A stretch of DNA of 64,000 nucleotides from an uncultured Candidatus Binatia bacterium (lineage in GTDB: Bacteria; Desulfobacterota; Binatia; UBA9968; JAJDTQ01): the NCBI GenBank assembly GCA_965213675.1, contig OZ243916.1, forward strand, positions 3,392,001-3,456,000, given 5' to 3'. This document shows, one piece after another, positions 38,188-46,841 of this stretch. Within the stretch, counting starts at the first letter, position 1, and each line of letters starts with the position of its first letter. The notes beneath the pieces are model-generated. The model saw only the letters and a list, made by a program, of their open reading frames with translations. It was not told the DNA's origin and did not search any database. The position numbers and the translations under genes were made by a program.

Positions 38188-39642
38188 CTAGGAGCGGCCG
38201 GGCGGAGTTGTCGCCCCGGCTTCCCGAGACGCCCGCCCCGCGGCGTTCTGTTGCAGGCGTTCCGCCATCTTGACGATCATGTTGCGGATTCGGTCCAGCG
38301 CGCTGGCCAACTCCGCGAATTCGCCGGTGGCCGCCACGGTGACCCGGGCACTCACGTGGCCCTGCTCCATGCGTTGGATACGGTCGGTCAACGCGCGTAC
38401 CGGGGACAGCACCCAGCGGCTGAACACCCAGCACAACAGCAGCGAAGACAGCAGCAACGCCCCGCACAGCGTGGCGCCGAGCAACAGGAGTTGCTGTCCG
38501 AGGTTCGGCTGCTCGGCCGCGGGCGATCCGTCGAGTTCCGGCAGGGCCGTGTGATTGCTCAGATTCGGCGCCTCGGCGATGACCATCCAGTTGAAACCGG
38601 AGAAGCCGTCGATGACGGGAGCGAAGTAGGGAGTGTCGGCCGAACGCGCGAAGGCCACCAGTTGGCTGGGTGCGCCTTCCGAAGGATCCGGAGCGTTCGT
38701 CCGGGCGGCGATGAAGGATCCGGCTCGTCCGCCTTCGTAGGTTGGAGTCAAGTGTGCGAGGGATGCTTCCGTGAGCACGTTGACGTCCGGTTGCATGATT
38801 CGCCCGCGGTCGTGGGACGTGCGAGTTTCCGCGAGCAGCAACCCGTCACGGGTCACCACGGCGAATTCCGTCCGCTGCGCCGCCTCGGCGCCGTTGAGCG
38901 CGGGACCGGAAAGCCGCACGTGCAAGAGTTGGCCGGGAGCGGACAGGCGGCGCGCCACACGGTCGGAAAATAACTGGACGAAGCGCAACGGCACCACCGC
39001 CTTCATTACCCCCACGGGCTCCCCGGACCCTGGGTCGCGCATGGCCACCGCGATGTCCATGGCCCAAACGTGAGTGGATGAATTGAACACGATGTCGCCC
39101 ACGTAGAATCCTGAAGCCCAAGCCTGTTTCCACCAGTCCTCGTCGGACTGAACGAAATCCGTGGCCGGCCCGCTCAGCGCCACGTTGAAACCCATGGCGT
39201 CGGTGAAGAAGACGCCTCCGTAATTGGGGGAGCGTCTGATCTGCTCGCCCAGGAACCCGCGCGCCTCGGGCGCCAGTCCCAGGCTCTTGCGGGTTCGAAA
39301 CTTCGTCTCCAGTTGCCGCAGATTGAGGTTGTCGAACCCCTCCTTGACGTGAGCGGCCCGCGCATTTCGCGCCGCCTGGAGCACCACCGGCGACGCGGCC
39401 CAACTCCGCACCTCGGTGATGCGCTCGAGCAGGAATGCGTCGATGTTCCGCGACAGCCGCGCCGCGGCTTCCTCGAGTTTGAGCGTGTCGCTGCGCAAGG
39501 CCAGGGATTGAAGCCCGGAGGACGGGCCGCTCCCCATGCCGATCCACAACCAGTACGCTCCCGACCCGGCCGCAGCCATCAGCGGAACCCAGAGCAGAAA
39601 AAATATGGCCAACCCGAAACGAACGCCAAGGGATTGAGTCAT
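38188..39642 (-). CDS. Membrane sensor with extracytoplasmic Cache domain and HAMP, no output domain
   Basis: TM1; FFTDAMGFNVA..TDFVQSDEDWW Cache motif; TM2; HAMP (PVRAL...GEFAELASALDRIR), then stop. Confidence 0.8.
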   Translation of the reverse strand: MTQSLGVRFGLAIFFLLWVPLMAAAGSGAYWLWIGMGSGPSSGLQSLALRSDTLKLEEAAARLSRNIDAFLLERITEVRSWAASPVVLQAARNARAAHVKEGFDNLNLRQLETKFRTRKSLGLAPEARGFLGEQIRRSPNYGGVFFTDAMGFNVALSGPATDFVQSDEDWWKQAWASGFYVGDIVFNSSTHVWAMDIAVAMRDPGSGEPVGVMKAVVPLRFVQLFSDRVARRLSAPGQLLHVRLSGPALNGAEAAQRTEFAVVTRDGLLLAETRTSHDRGRIMQPDVNVLTEASLAHLTPTYEGGRAGSFIAARTNAPDPSEGAPSQLVAFARSADTPYFAPVIDGFSGFNWMVIAEAPNLSNHTALPELDGSPAAEQPNLGQQLLLLGATLCGALLLSSLLLCWVFSRWVLSPVRALTDRIQRMEQGHVSARVTVAATGEFAELASALDRIRNMIVKMAERLQQNAAGRASREAGATTPPGRS

Positions 39643-39698
39643 GGTCTCATCTCCAGCAACGGAGTCAACGAGCCAAACTGCAAGAATGCTCTATTTTC

Positions 39699-41603
39699 TC
39701 ATGGGTTGTCAAGCAATCTTGCTTCCTCGTAAAGGCGTTGGGCGTCGTCGACGTCGCCTCGGGACTCGTGGATCTTGCCCATGGCACCCAAGACGGCCGC
39801 CTCTCCCTTGCGGTTGTCCAGTTGGCGGTACAGGATCAGCGCGCTGTCGAGATACGCGAGGGCGCGCGTCAACTGGTCCTGGGCCATGAAGGCCACGCCG
39901 ATCCCGTGTTGCACCAGCGCGGCGCCGGGCCGGTCCCCGGTTCTCAGGCAGATGCGGATTCCTTCCTCCAGGTTCCTCACGGCCAGGTCGTGGGAGCCCG
40001 CTTCGGTCAGGATCGAGCTGAACTCCGCAATGGCCTGGACGTGCCCCGCGTCGTCGCCGGAATCCCTGAACAGCCGGACCGCATCGGAAAAGTGCATGCG
40101 CGCCTTGTCCGTCTGGCCCGTGCGCCGGTGCAGCCGGCCGGCGTTCAGGTGCAGCCGCGAAACCCAGCGCGCGTCCCCTTGCTGTCCCAGGCCGTCGATG
40201 GCTGTTTCGTAGGCTTCGGCCGCCTGGGCTTCGTTGCCCTGGAGGCGGTAGAATTCCGCCAGGTTGGATGAAGCCGTGGCGCGCACGCCGTCGTCCCCGC
40301 CGGTCTCCTGGAGGGCCTCCCTGGCGTAGACCACCGCCGGGGCGATCCTCCCGCGCGCCACGCTTGTGACCGCCAGCGCATTCAGGACAGGCCCCAGGCG
40401 GTCGCTGCGCGGCAGCGCCTCCTTGAGATGCGCTTCGGCCTCCTCGTGAAGGCTCAGGACGTTCTCCACAATGGCCAGCCGAAGGTACTCGGCGGCGTCT
40501 ATGGGCTGGCGCGCCGCCGCCCGCTGTTCCAGGTCTTCGCGGGCCGCGGCCACCGCGGTTTCGGCCGATTCCGGCAACGAAGTGCCGATCATCTCCAACA
40601 TCAGCAGATCGCCGGGACAGAGATCGGCCGCAAGCGCGAGTATCGCGTCCCCGGGGCGGTCTTCGGAACGGGGCGCTGCCGGCGCAGGCGCCGCCGCCGG
40701 GGTGAATACGGCTGGGGCCGCCGCGGGTATGGCGCTGCCAGGGGCAGGTTCTTGTTCGGCGAAGCCTCCGGCGAAAGACGCGGTTCTCTCGCCGCCGGGC
40801 CCCTGTTCCAGCGGTTGAGGCGCGAGGGGGCGCTCCTCCGCGTGCGCGCCTGCCGGCTCAGCCGGTCTCGCCGGTGGGGGCTGCGGCGCCGCCGCCGGTT
40901 CTTCCTGGAGTGGCTCTTGCGAGTGTGGAAAATCAGGGTTGGCAGCGGGTTCGGTCGCCTCCGTTGCCACGGGCTCCGCGGAGGTGGGCTCCACGGACAT
41001 TGGAGCGCGTCTCCACCACGGACGATCAAATTCGGGTTCTGGCGCAGTCCCGGCATCCTCTTCCGCAGGGGCGGTCCGCGGTTCCTCCGGTTCCTCGACC
41101 GGCAGTTCGGGCTCGGGAGCGCCGTACCGGATGCCCTGGTAGAAGAACCCGGGGCCGCTGTCCGCCTCGGGCTCGCCGGGGTCTTCCCCGGGCTGCTCCG
41201 GGGCCTGGGTTGGCGCCTGGGGCTGTCTCGGGGGTTCGGGCTCGGCCGCGGTTTCGCCGAACGTCGAACCGGTCTCCCACCAGGGGAGCTCGCCGGCCGG
41301 CCTCGGCGGCTCTTTCTGTGGATCGGGGACGGCCGGCTGATCCTCCGACATCACGGACCGCACGGACGGATTGACCGGATCACCCGTGGCCGCGGGTTCT
41401 TTCGCGGGCTCGCCTGAGAGTACGGACAGGACGGAGAGGTTGATCGCATCATCGGTTGCCACGGGCTCTTCCTCCGTCTGCTCCTCCGGGGTCTCATCCA
41501 TGGACGCCCCGTACCGCACTCCGCGATAGATATATCCCGTCGGCCGGGACGCATCCGTCGCCTGTTCGGTAGGATCACTGTCTTCCCTTTTCTTCCGTTC
41601 CAT
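39699..41603 (-). CDS. TPR protein with long acidic/Pro-rich disordered N-terminus
   Basis: About 320 aa of E/P/A-rich sequence followed by about 7 TPRs. Confidence 0.78.
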   Translation of the reverse strand: MERKKREDSDPTEQATDASRPTGYIYRGVRYGASMDETPEEQTEEEPVATDDAINLSVLSVLSGEPAKEPAATGDPVNPSVRSVMSEDQPAVPDPQKEPPRPAGELPWWETGSTFGETAAEPEPPRQPQAPTQAPEQPGEDPGEPEADSGPGFFYQGIRYGAPEPELPVEEPEEPRTAPAEEDAGTAPEPEFDRPWWRRAPMSVEPTSAEPVATEATEPAANPDFPHSQEPLQEEPAAAPQPPPARPAEPAGAHAEERPLAPQPLEQGPGGERTASFAGGFAEQEPAPGSAIPAAAPAVFTPAAAPAPAAPRSEDRPGDAILALAADLCPGDLLMLEMIGTSLPESAETAVAAAREDLEQRAAARQPIDAAEYLRLAIVENVLSLHEEAEAHLKEALPRSDRLGPVLNALAVTSVARGRIAPAVVYAREALQETGGDDGVRATASSNLAEFYRLQGNEAQAAEAYETAIDGLGQQGDARWVSRLHLNAGRLHRRTGQTDKARMHFSDAVRLFRDSGDDAGHVQAIAEFSSILTEAGSHDLAVRNLEEGIRICLRTGDRPGAALVQHGIGVAFMAQDQLTRALAYLDSALILYRQLDNRKGEAAVLGAMGKIHESRGDVDDAQRLYEEARLLDNP

Positions 41604-41686
41604 ATTGCGGGACCCCCGGAATGCAGATTTTCATGATTGACGAATCGCGGATCACACGCCGCGGATGACACACGGCAAATGATCGC

Positions 41687-41702
41687 GGCAAGCACTCTGC
41701 CA
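41687..41702 (-). promoter_or_regulatory. Sigma54 -24/-12 promoter of the minus-strand TPR-Cache-tadD-cpaA-cpaB operon
   Basis: Minus strand TGGCAGAGTGCTTGCC: GG-N10-GC with TTGC, 84 bp upstream of the ATG at 41603. Confidence 0.72.
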
Positions 41703-41840
41703 TCTTACGACAACTAGGGCAAAGATATCAACATGGAGCCTTTTTCACTCTTCACTCAGGGCTCTTCAAAAGACGGAAGATGCGAACCGGGAATGACGAA
41801 GGAGAATCCGGACTCTTGAATGCACCTGCTTTTTCACTAC

Positions 41841-41876
41841 TGGAAGACGCTTACGCTGCAATTGGAAGACGCTTAC
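41841..41876. repeat. 14-bp direct repeat TGGAAGACGCTTAC, period 22 bp
   Basis: Exact copies at 41841-41854 and 41863-41876 in the divergent intergenic region. Confidence 0.7.
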
Positions 41877-41970
41877 TCTACAAATGCGTCGAACACGGTG
41901 GTATCCTGACGGACAGGTTTACGCGAACGCTGCGGACGCCTTCCACAAGACACGGAGGAGGAACCCATTC

Positions 41971-43317
41971 ATGACGAGACAAGCGCGTATCGTGCGTCTA
42001 TCCATTGCCGTTGGGCTGGCGTCGGTGCTCTGGCCCGCCGTCGCGTTCGCGCTGGACGGCAGGGTGGACGGCAGCCCGGTGCCGGAGTGGCGCGTCACGG
42101 TGGATACGGTGTGGGTCTGCATTGCGGCCATGCTGGTGTTCCTCATGCAGGCGGGCTTCGCCATGATCGAGGGCGGGTTCATACGCGCCAAGAACACGGT
42201 CAACATCATGATGAAGAACGTGGGGGATTTCTCCATCGCCGCGCTGGGTTTCTGGATGCTGGGTTTCGGTATCATGTTCGGCGACGGCAACGACATCATG
42301 GGAACCACGGGATTCTTCACTTCGCCCGGTACGGGCGACCTGTACCCCTCCCTGGGCTGGACCTCCGTGCCGACCATGACGGCGTGGCTCTTTCACCTGA
42401 TGTTCTGCGCCACTGCTGCCACCATCGTGGCCGGCGCCATGGCGGAACGCACCAAATTCGTCAGTTATCTCATATTCAGTTTCTTCATTTCCCTCGTCTT
42501 CTATCCCATGGTGGGACACTGGGTGTGGGGCGGTGGCTGGCTTGCGAAGCTGGGCATGGTGGACTTCGCCGGCGGCACGGTCGTGCACTCCACCGGCGCC
42601 TGGTTCGCATTGGCGGGGGTGATCGTACTCGGACCCAGGGTCGGGAAATTCAGCGAGCGCGGCCTGCCGCAGGCGCTTCCAGGCCATAACATGATGATGG
42701 CGACCCTCGGGATGTTCGTCCTGTGGTTCGGCTGGTTCGGCTTCAACATGGGAAGCCTGATGAACAGCAACGTCTACGACATTGCGCTGGTCGCCGCCAA
42801 CACCGGCCTCGCGGGCGCCGCCGGCGTCATCGGCGCCACCGTGACGGCGTGGTTCCTCTTCGGAAAGCCCGACATCACCATGTCGCTCAACGGCGCGCTG
42901 GGCGCTCTGGTGGCCATCACCGCCGGCTGCGCCTACGTGGAACCGTGGGTCGCGGTCGTCTTCATGGGGTTCCTGCCGGGAGCCGTCGTGGTATTCTCCG
43001 TGCTGGCCTTCGACTGGATGCATGTGGACGACCCGGTGGGCGTCATATCCGTTCACGGCACCGGCGGCGTCCTCGGAACGCTTCTGGTGGGGCTGTTTCA
43101 CACCGAGGCCGGCCTGTTCTACGGCGGAGGTCCCAGCTTGCTGATGGCCCAGTTCGTCGGCGTGGTGGCCGTCTTCGCCTTCAGCGTGATCTGCGGCTTG
43201 GCGGTGTTCAGCCTGATCAAGCTGGTGGCGGGTCTGCGCGTCTCGCCACAAGCCGAGAGGGCCGGTCTGGACATGGCCGAACACGGCAACGACGCCTACC
43301 CCGAATTCCACGCATAG
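41971..43317 (+). CDS. amtB: Ammonium transporter
   Basis: MQAGFAM, GAMAER, HWVWGGGWL, DFAGGTVVH and DDPVGVISVHG (twin His intact). Confidence 0.96.
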   Translation: MTRQARIVRLSIAVGLASVLWPAVAFALDGRVDGSPVPEWRVTVDTVWVCIAAMLVFLMQAGFAMIEGGFIRAKNTVNIMMKNVGDFSIAALGFWMLGFGIMFGDGNDIMGTTGFFTSPGTGDLYPSLGWTSVPTMTAWLFHLMFCATAATIVAGAMAERTKFVSYLIFSFFISLVFYPMVGHWVWGGGWLAKLGMVDFAGGTVVHSTGAWFALAGVIVLGPRVGKFSERGLPQALPGHNMMMATLGMFVLWFGWFGFNMGSLMNSNVYDIALVAANTGLAGAAGVIGATVTAWFLFGKPDITMSLNGALGALVAITAGCAYVEPWVAVVFMGFLPGAVVVFSVLAFDWMHVDDPVGVISVHGTGGVLGTLLVGLFHTEAGLFYGGGPSLLMAQFVGVVAVFAFSVICGLAVFSLIKLVAGLRVSPQAERAGLDMAEHGNDAYPEFHA

Positions 43318-43389
43318 TTGGAACCGATGACGCTTCGCCGACCGGACCCAGGGGTTCCGGTCGGCGCGTTTCGCGGGCGCTGCACGGAG

Positions 43390-43530
43390 ACTGTCCCGAG
43401 CCTGTCGAAGGGCTCAGGACAGGCCTGCCAAGGGCTCGGAACGAAGAAAGGCACGACGGACAGGAGGGTTCGTGAAGGGTCTGCCGACTCTCTTCACCGT
43501 TCGTCCTGGGCGGAGCGAAGTCGAAGGGCG
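43390..43530. repeat. REP-like intergenic palindromic repeats (GTCGAAGG family)
   Basis: CCTGTCGAAGGGCTCAGGAC and GAGCGAAGTCGAAGGG; related inverse motif CCTTCGACTTCGCT near 55275. Confidence 0.45.
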
Positions 43531-43579
43531 CCCTTCCGGCGCCGGCAAGGGACCAGAGCCTACCGGGGGGTGGCGCCCC

Positions 43580-44185
43580 TCAATTCAACCGGATGCGTAC
43601 GACCACGCCGCCCATCACGTCGCCGTCCTTGAAGTCCGTGCGCGGGCTGTCCGGATGGTTGTTGTGGCACCTCGCGCAGGCGGGTGAGGTTGCGATGCTG
43701 GCATAGACGGCGGTCAGTTGCTTGCTCCCGTCGATGGTCGTCTCCCGGCCGTAATAGGGCTTCGTCGGATTCGCGAGGACCGTTTCGAGTCCCATGTCCT
43801 CGGTGTCGGTGCGCGGCAAGTTGCCCTTCCTGAGGGGCCACTTGGAAATGAGCGCGAAGCTGAACCGGTCGCTCTGCTTGGCCGAGCGTTCCGAGGTCAT
43901 TCGAAACATCTGGGCCGGCAACGGCAATTTGTCATGTTCGGTGGGCCATTGCTCGCTGGCCCTGATGACCCCCGCGACATCCTGCAAGCGGTACACCACC
44001 TGATTGGAATAGATGGAGAGGGCGGACGACGCCGCGACGAACAATGCGTCGGCCATCATTTCCGGGGTTACCTCGGCCTTTTTCTCAACCACGACCTGGG
44101 GTTTCCTGTCACAGGAGACAAGCGTGGCGCCGAGCAGGGCGACGGCGATGCAGAGAAGACGTTGTCTGGTGGGAAAGTGTTTCAT
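43580..44185 (-). CDS. Tll0287-like (DUF3365) c-type heme lipoprotein, copy 2
   Basis: Lipobox LVSC; LPLPAQMFR; CARCH heme motif; FKDGDVMGGVVVRI. Confidence 0.85.
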   Translation of the reverse strand: MKHFPTRQRLLCIAVALLGATLVSCDRKPQVVVEKKAEVTPEMMADALFVAASSALSIYSNQVVYRLQDVAGVIRASEQWPTEHDKLPLPAQMFRMTSERSAKQSDRFSFALISKWPLRKGNLPRTDTEDMGLETVLANPTKPYYGRETTIDGSKQLTAVYASIATSPACARCHNNHPDSPRTDFKDGDVMGGVVVRIRLN

Positions 44186-44613
44186 GGCTCCAGGTTCCTT
44201 CCCTGAGAGGCGAATCCCGCGTATCGTTGAAATGAGCTTCACCGACTCGGTTCATCAGGACCGGTTGGCCCAACGAATGCCCGTTAGCAAAGCCCGGTCC
44301 CGTGTGTCAATGGGAGCCTCGCCCGCAACTGGATGATCCCACGCTGGCCGAGCATCCGCGTCGAGGGCCGGAACGGGGTTGGGCCAAGCCCTCACGAGGC
44401 CCGTTCCGTGGAAAGGGCGCTGTTCGACCCTCCGATTGCCGCGCGAATCGCCAGCGTGGCATCGTGCGCCGCTGGTTGGCCCCGTGGGCGCCTGCGAGAG
44501 TCCGGAGGCGTTCCGGATCGTGATGGCGGATGATTGCCGAGTCCAGGCGAAGGCGCGGATCCTGTCGCAACTCCCTCACGGGCGCTTGATCGCCGGCCCT
44601 TGACCGCGCGCGG

Positions 44614-45300
44614 TTACTGCAAGGGGATGCGAATGACGACGCCGCCCATCACGTCGCCCGCCTTGAAGTCCGTTCGCGGGCTGTTGGGATGGTTGTTGTG
44701 GCAGGACACGCAGGCGGGTGAAACCGCGACATCGGCATACACCGCGGTGAAGTGCTTGACGCCCCTGATGGTTTCCTCGCCATAGGCGGGCTTCGAGGCA
44801 TTCTCGGCGACACTGTCCAGTCCGGACCGCTCCACTTCGGTTTTGGGAGAGTTGTTCTTGTTGATGGGCCAATTGGACAGGAGGGCGTAGTTGAACGTAT
44901 CGGTCTGCTTGGCGACCAATTGCGCGCCCATGCGGAACATCTGGGCCGGCAGCGGGAGGTCCTTCCGGTCGTGCCAGTCCTCGCTGGCCGTGATCACCTC
45001 ATCCACATCCTGAAGACGGTAGACGACCTGATTCGAATAGACGTTGCGGTCGGCTGACATGAGCGCGAACAGCGCGTCCGCCATGACCCTCGGGGGAATC
45101 CCGGTGGGCGCGCTGTCCGAGTTTCCGTTCGATGCGCCGGAATGACTCGGTGGAGAAACCGCGGCCGACAGGCTGGATTCGTCCGAGGGCGCGCTGTCGC
45201 AGCCGGAAAGGCCCGCAACGAGCGCCATCAGGCTCACGAGGCACACCAGATGGACTCGTTGCGGCAAGGCTCGTGTCGACAAGTGTCTCATCAATCGCAT
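44614..45300 (-). CDS. Tll0287-like (DUF3365) c-type heme lipoprotein, copy 1
   Basis: Lipobox LSGC; LPLPAQMFR; CVSCH; FKAGDVMGGVVIRIP. Confidence 0.85.
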   Translation of the reverse strand: MRLMRHLSTRALPQRVHLVCLVSLMALVAGLSGCDSAPSDESSLSAAVSPPSHSGASNGNSDSAPTGIPPRVMADALFALMSADRNVYSNQVVYRLQDVDEVITASEDWHDRKDLPLPAQMFRMGAQLVAKQTDTFNYALLSNWPINKNNSPKTEVERSGLDSVAENASKPAYGEETIRGVKHFTAVYADVAVSPACVSCHNNHPNSPRTDFKAGDVMGGVVIRIPLQ

Positions 45301-45407
45301 GATACCTTCGCGTAACAAACACGTTTGCCGCTGTCAACGAAATTGGCATCTGGAATTCAAGAAAATGCAAAGAAAATACAAATAAAATAGAAACGTATGC
45401 CGTAGCA

Positions 45408-45443
45408 TGTAACATGCTGCTACAGATGTTGCACTTTGCACTA
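45408..45443. promoter_or_regulatory. Candidate tandem operator/UAS pair
   Basis: TGTAACATGCTGCTACA and TGTTGCACTTTGCACTA, 19 bp apart, resembling 24874-24909. Confidence 0.4.
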
Positions 45444-45532
45444 ATCGCGATATTATTTTGATTCCGCCGGGGGCTAATGGTCGTTAAAAATCACTTGTGC
45501 CATAGGCGGACACGAACGAACCGCGACGCTTG

Positions 45533-45644
45533 AAGGAGACGGAACGGGAGAAGGGACAGAATACGGGTTGGGAGCCGGAATGGGAGACGGAACAGAAGAC
45601 GGAACAGGACAGGGGACAGGAGAAGGAACGGTAGACGGAACCGG
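45533..45644. repeat. Degenerate 12-bp purine-rich tandem repeat (GGAGACGGAACA-like)
   Basis: About 9 imperfect units downstream of the NYN gene. Confidence 0.6.
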
Positions 45645-45688
45645 CGGCCGTGGGCACTCGACGGGAGACGAGGAAACGGGGCGGCGGG

Positions 45689-46204
45689 TCACAGCTTGGC
45701 GAGGCGTTGGCGGCGCGCCCGCTCGGTCTTGGAAGGCTGCCGCGGGTTACCCTTCTTGCGCCGGTCAAGGCTGCCGGGAAAAGGCTCGTCGCCGGTGGCA
45801 TCCTCCTCGGACTCGGCCGCGTCCGGGTCCAACCGCAACTTCGCGAGGAACTCGTTGACGTACACGGCCACCGCCCCGCCGTTCTCCACGCTGCGGCGCA
45901 GGTCCCGGTCGGAGGTCACCACGACGCATGAGTTCCCGATCTCGCGGGCCAGGCGCTCGATCACCGCATCGGCCTTCTCGCCGTAGCGGGAGAACACCAC
46001 TGTCACGTCGCCTGCCTGCTGCCGCGTCTCTTCAATGCGTCCGTTGCGCCAACCGTCGAAGACCGTGGTCACCAAGTGCCCCGTGCGCGCCCGGTACGCC
46101 GCCATCTCCTTGACGAGCGCCGTGCGTTTCGGCTCCAGGTCGCCGCGCAACCCTTGTTCACTGCCGATGACGTTGTAGCCGTCTACGACGATATGGAACG
46201 GCAT
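45689..46204 (-). CDS. NYN domain (YacP/Rae1-like) ribonuclease
   Basis: VDGYNVI, VFDG, ADAVI and VVTSD motifs. Confidence 0.9.
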   Translation of the reverse strand: MPFHIVVDGYNVIGSEQGLRGDLEPKRTALVKEMAAYRARTGHLVTTVFDGWRNGRIEETRQQAGDVTVVFSRYGEKADAVIERLAREIGNSCVVVTSDRDLRRSVENGGAVAVYVNEFLAKLRLDPDAAESEEDATGDEPFPGSLDRRKKGNPRQPSKTERARRQRLAKL

Positions 46205-46517
46205 GGGTGCTCTCTCCGTGGGATTGGAAGTGTCGAACTTGTCAGAAACTTGTCGGAATATAGCCGTTCCGGCCCTTTGCCGCGAATGCCTGTCCTTGTC
46301 GAGGAATGGTCCTCCCTGCCTTTCCGGACCTCGATTGACACGGACACGCGTTGCGGCCTATCTTGATCGCGGTTGAACGGCGCAAACCCCAATCTTGCAG
46401 AAGCCGGAAGCCAGGAGAGGATCGGGAGGCAAGTGGGATGGGATTGGCAGGGGGAGGGGATCTGCAAGGGAGGAGGGGATTGTTGGGGAATGTCGCTGTA
46501 GGTGAAGTTGACTGGCA

Positions 46518-46750
46518 GAGTCGGGTTATCGGAAAACTTTCGAAGCGTCATTCCCGCGAACGCGGGAATCCAGAGCGAGGGACCCACTGGCCGGTGTCCC
46601 CGCCCAGGCCCCGCCTGGATTCCCGCGTTCGCGGGAATGACTTTCCGTAGGCCGTGTCTCGAACCGCTCCCCGCGAACCATTTGCGCGGGGATGACGCTT
46701 CGTAGGCCGTGTCCCGAATCGATCCCCACGAACCTTTTGCAACATTGGGG
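46518..46750. repeat. REP-doublet element (MITE-like unit) related to the 48.9-49.7 kb array
   Basis: Inverted GTCATTCCCGCG..CGCGGGAATCCA pair at 46547-46641; tail CACGAACCTTTTGCAACATTGG. Confidence 0.75.
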
Positions 46751-46841
46751 TAAACGGTGCAGACAGAGCTGTCTGGAGACAGACAGCGACAGACAGCGAC
46801 AGACGATCTCATCCAACATCCCGCATTATTCGAGTCATGCC

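Noticed and set aside
45474-45692. Pro/Ser/Val-rich 72-aa ORF
   Set aside because: It is explained by the 12-bp repeat; no recognisable domain
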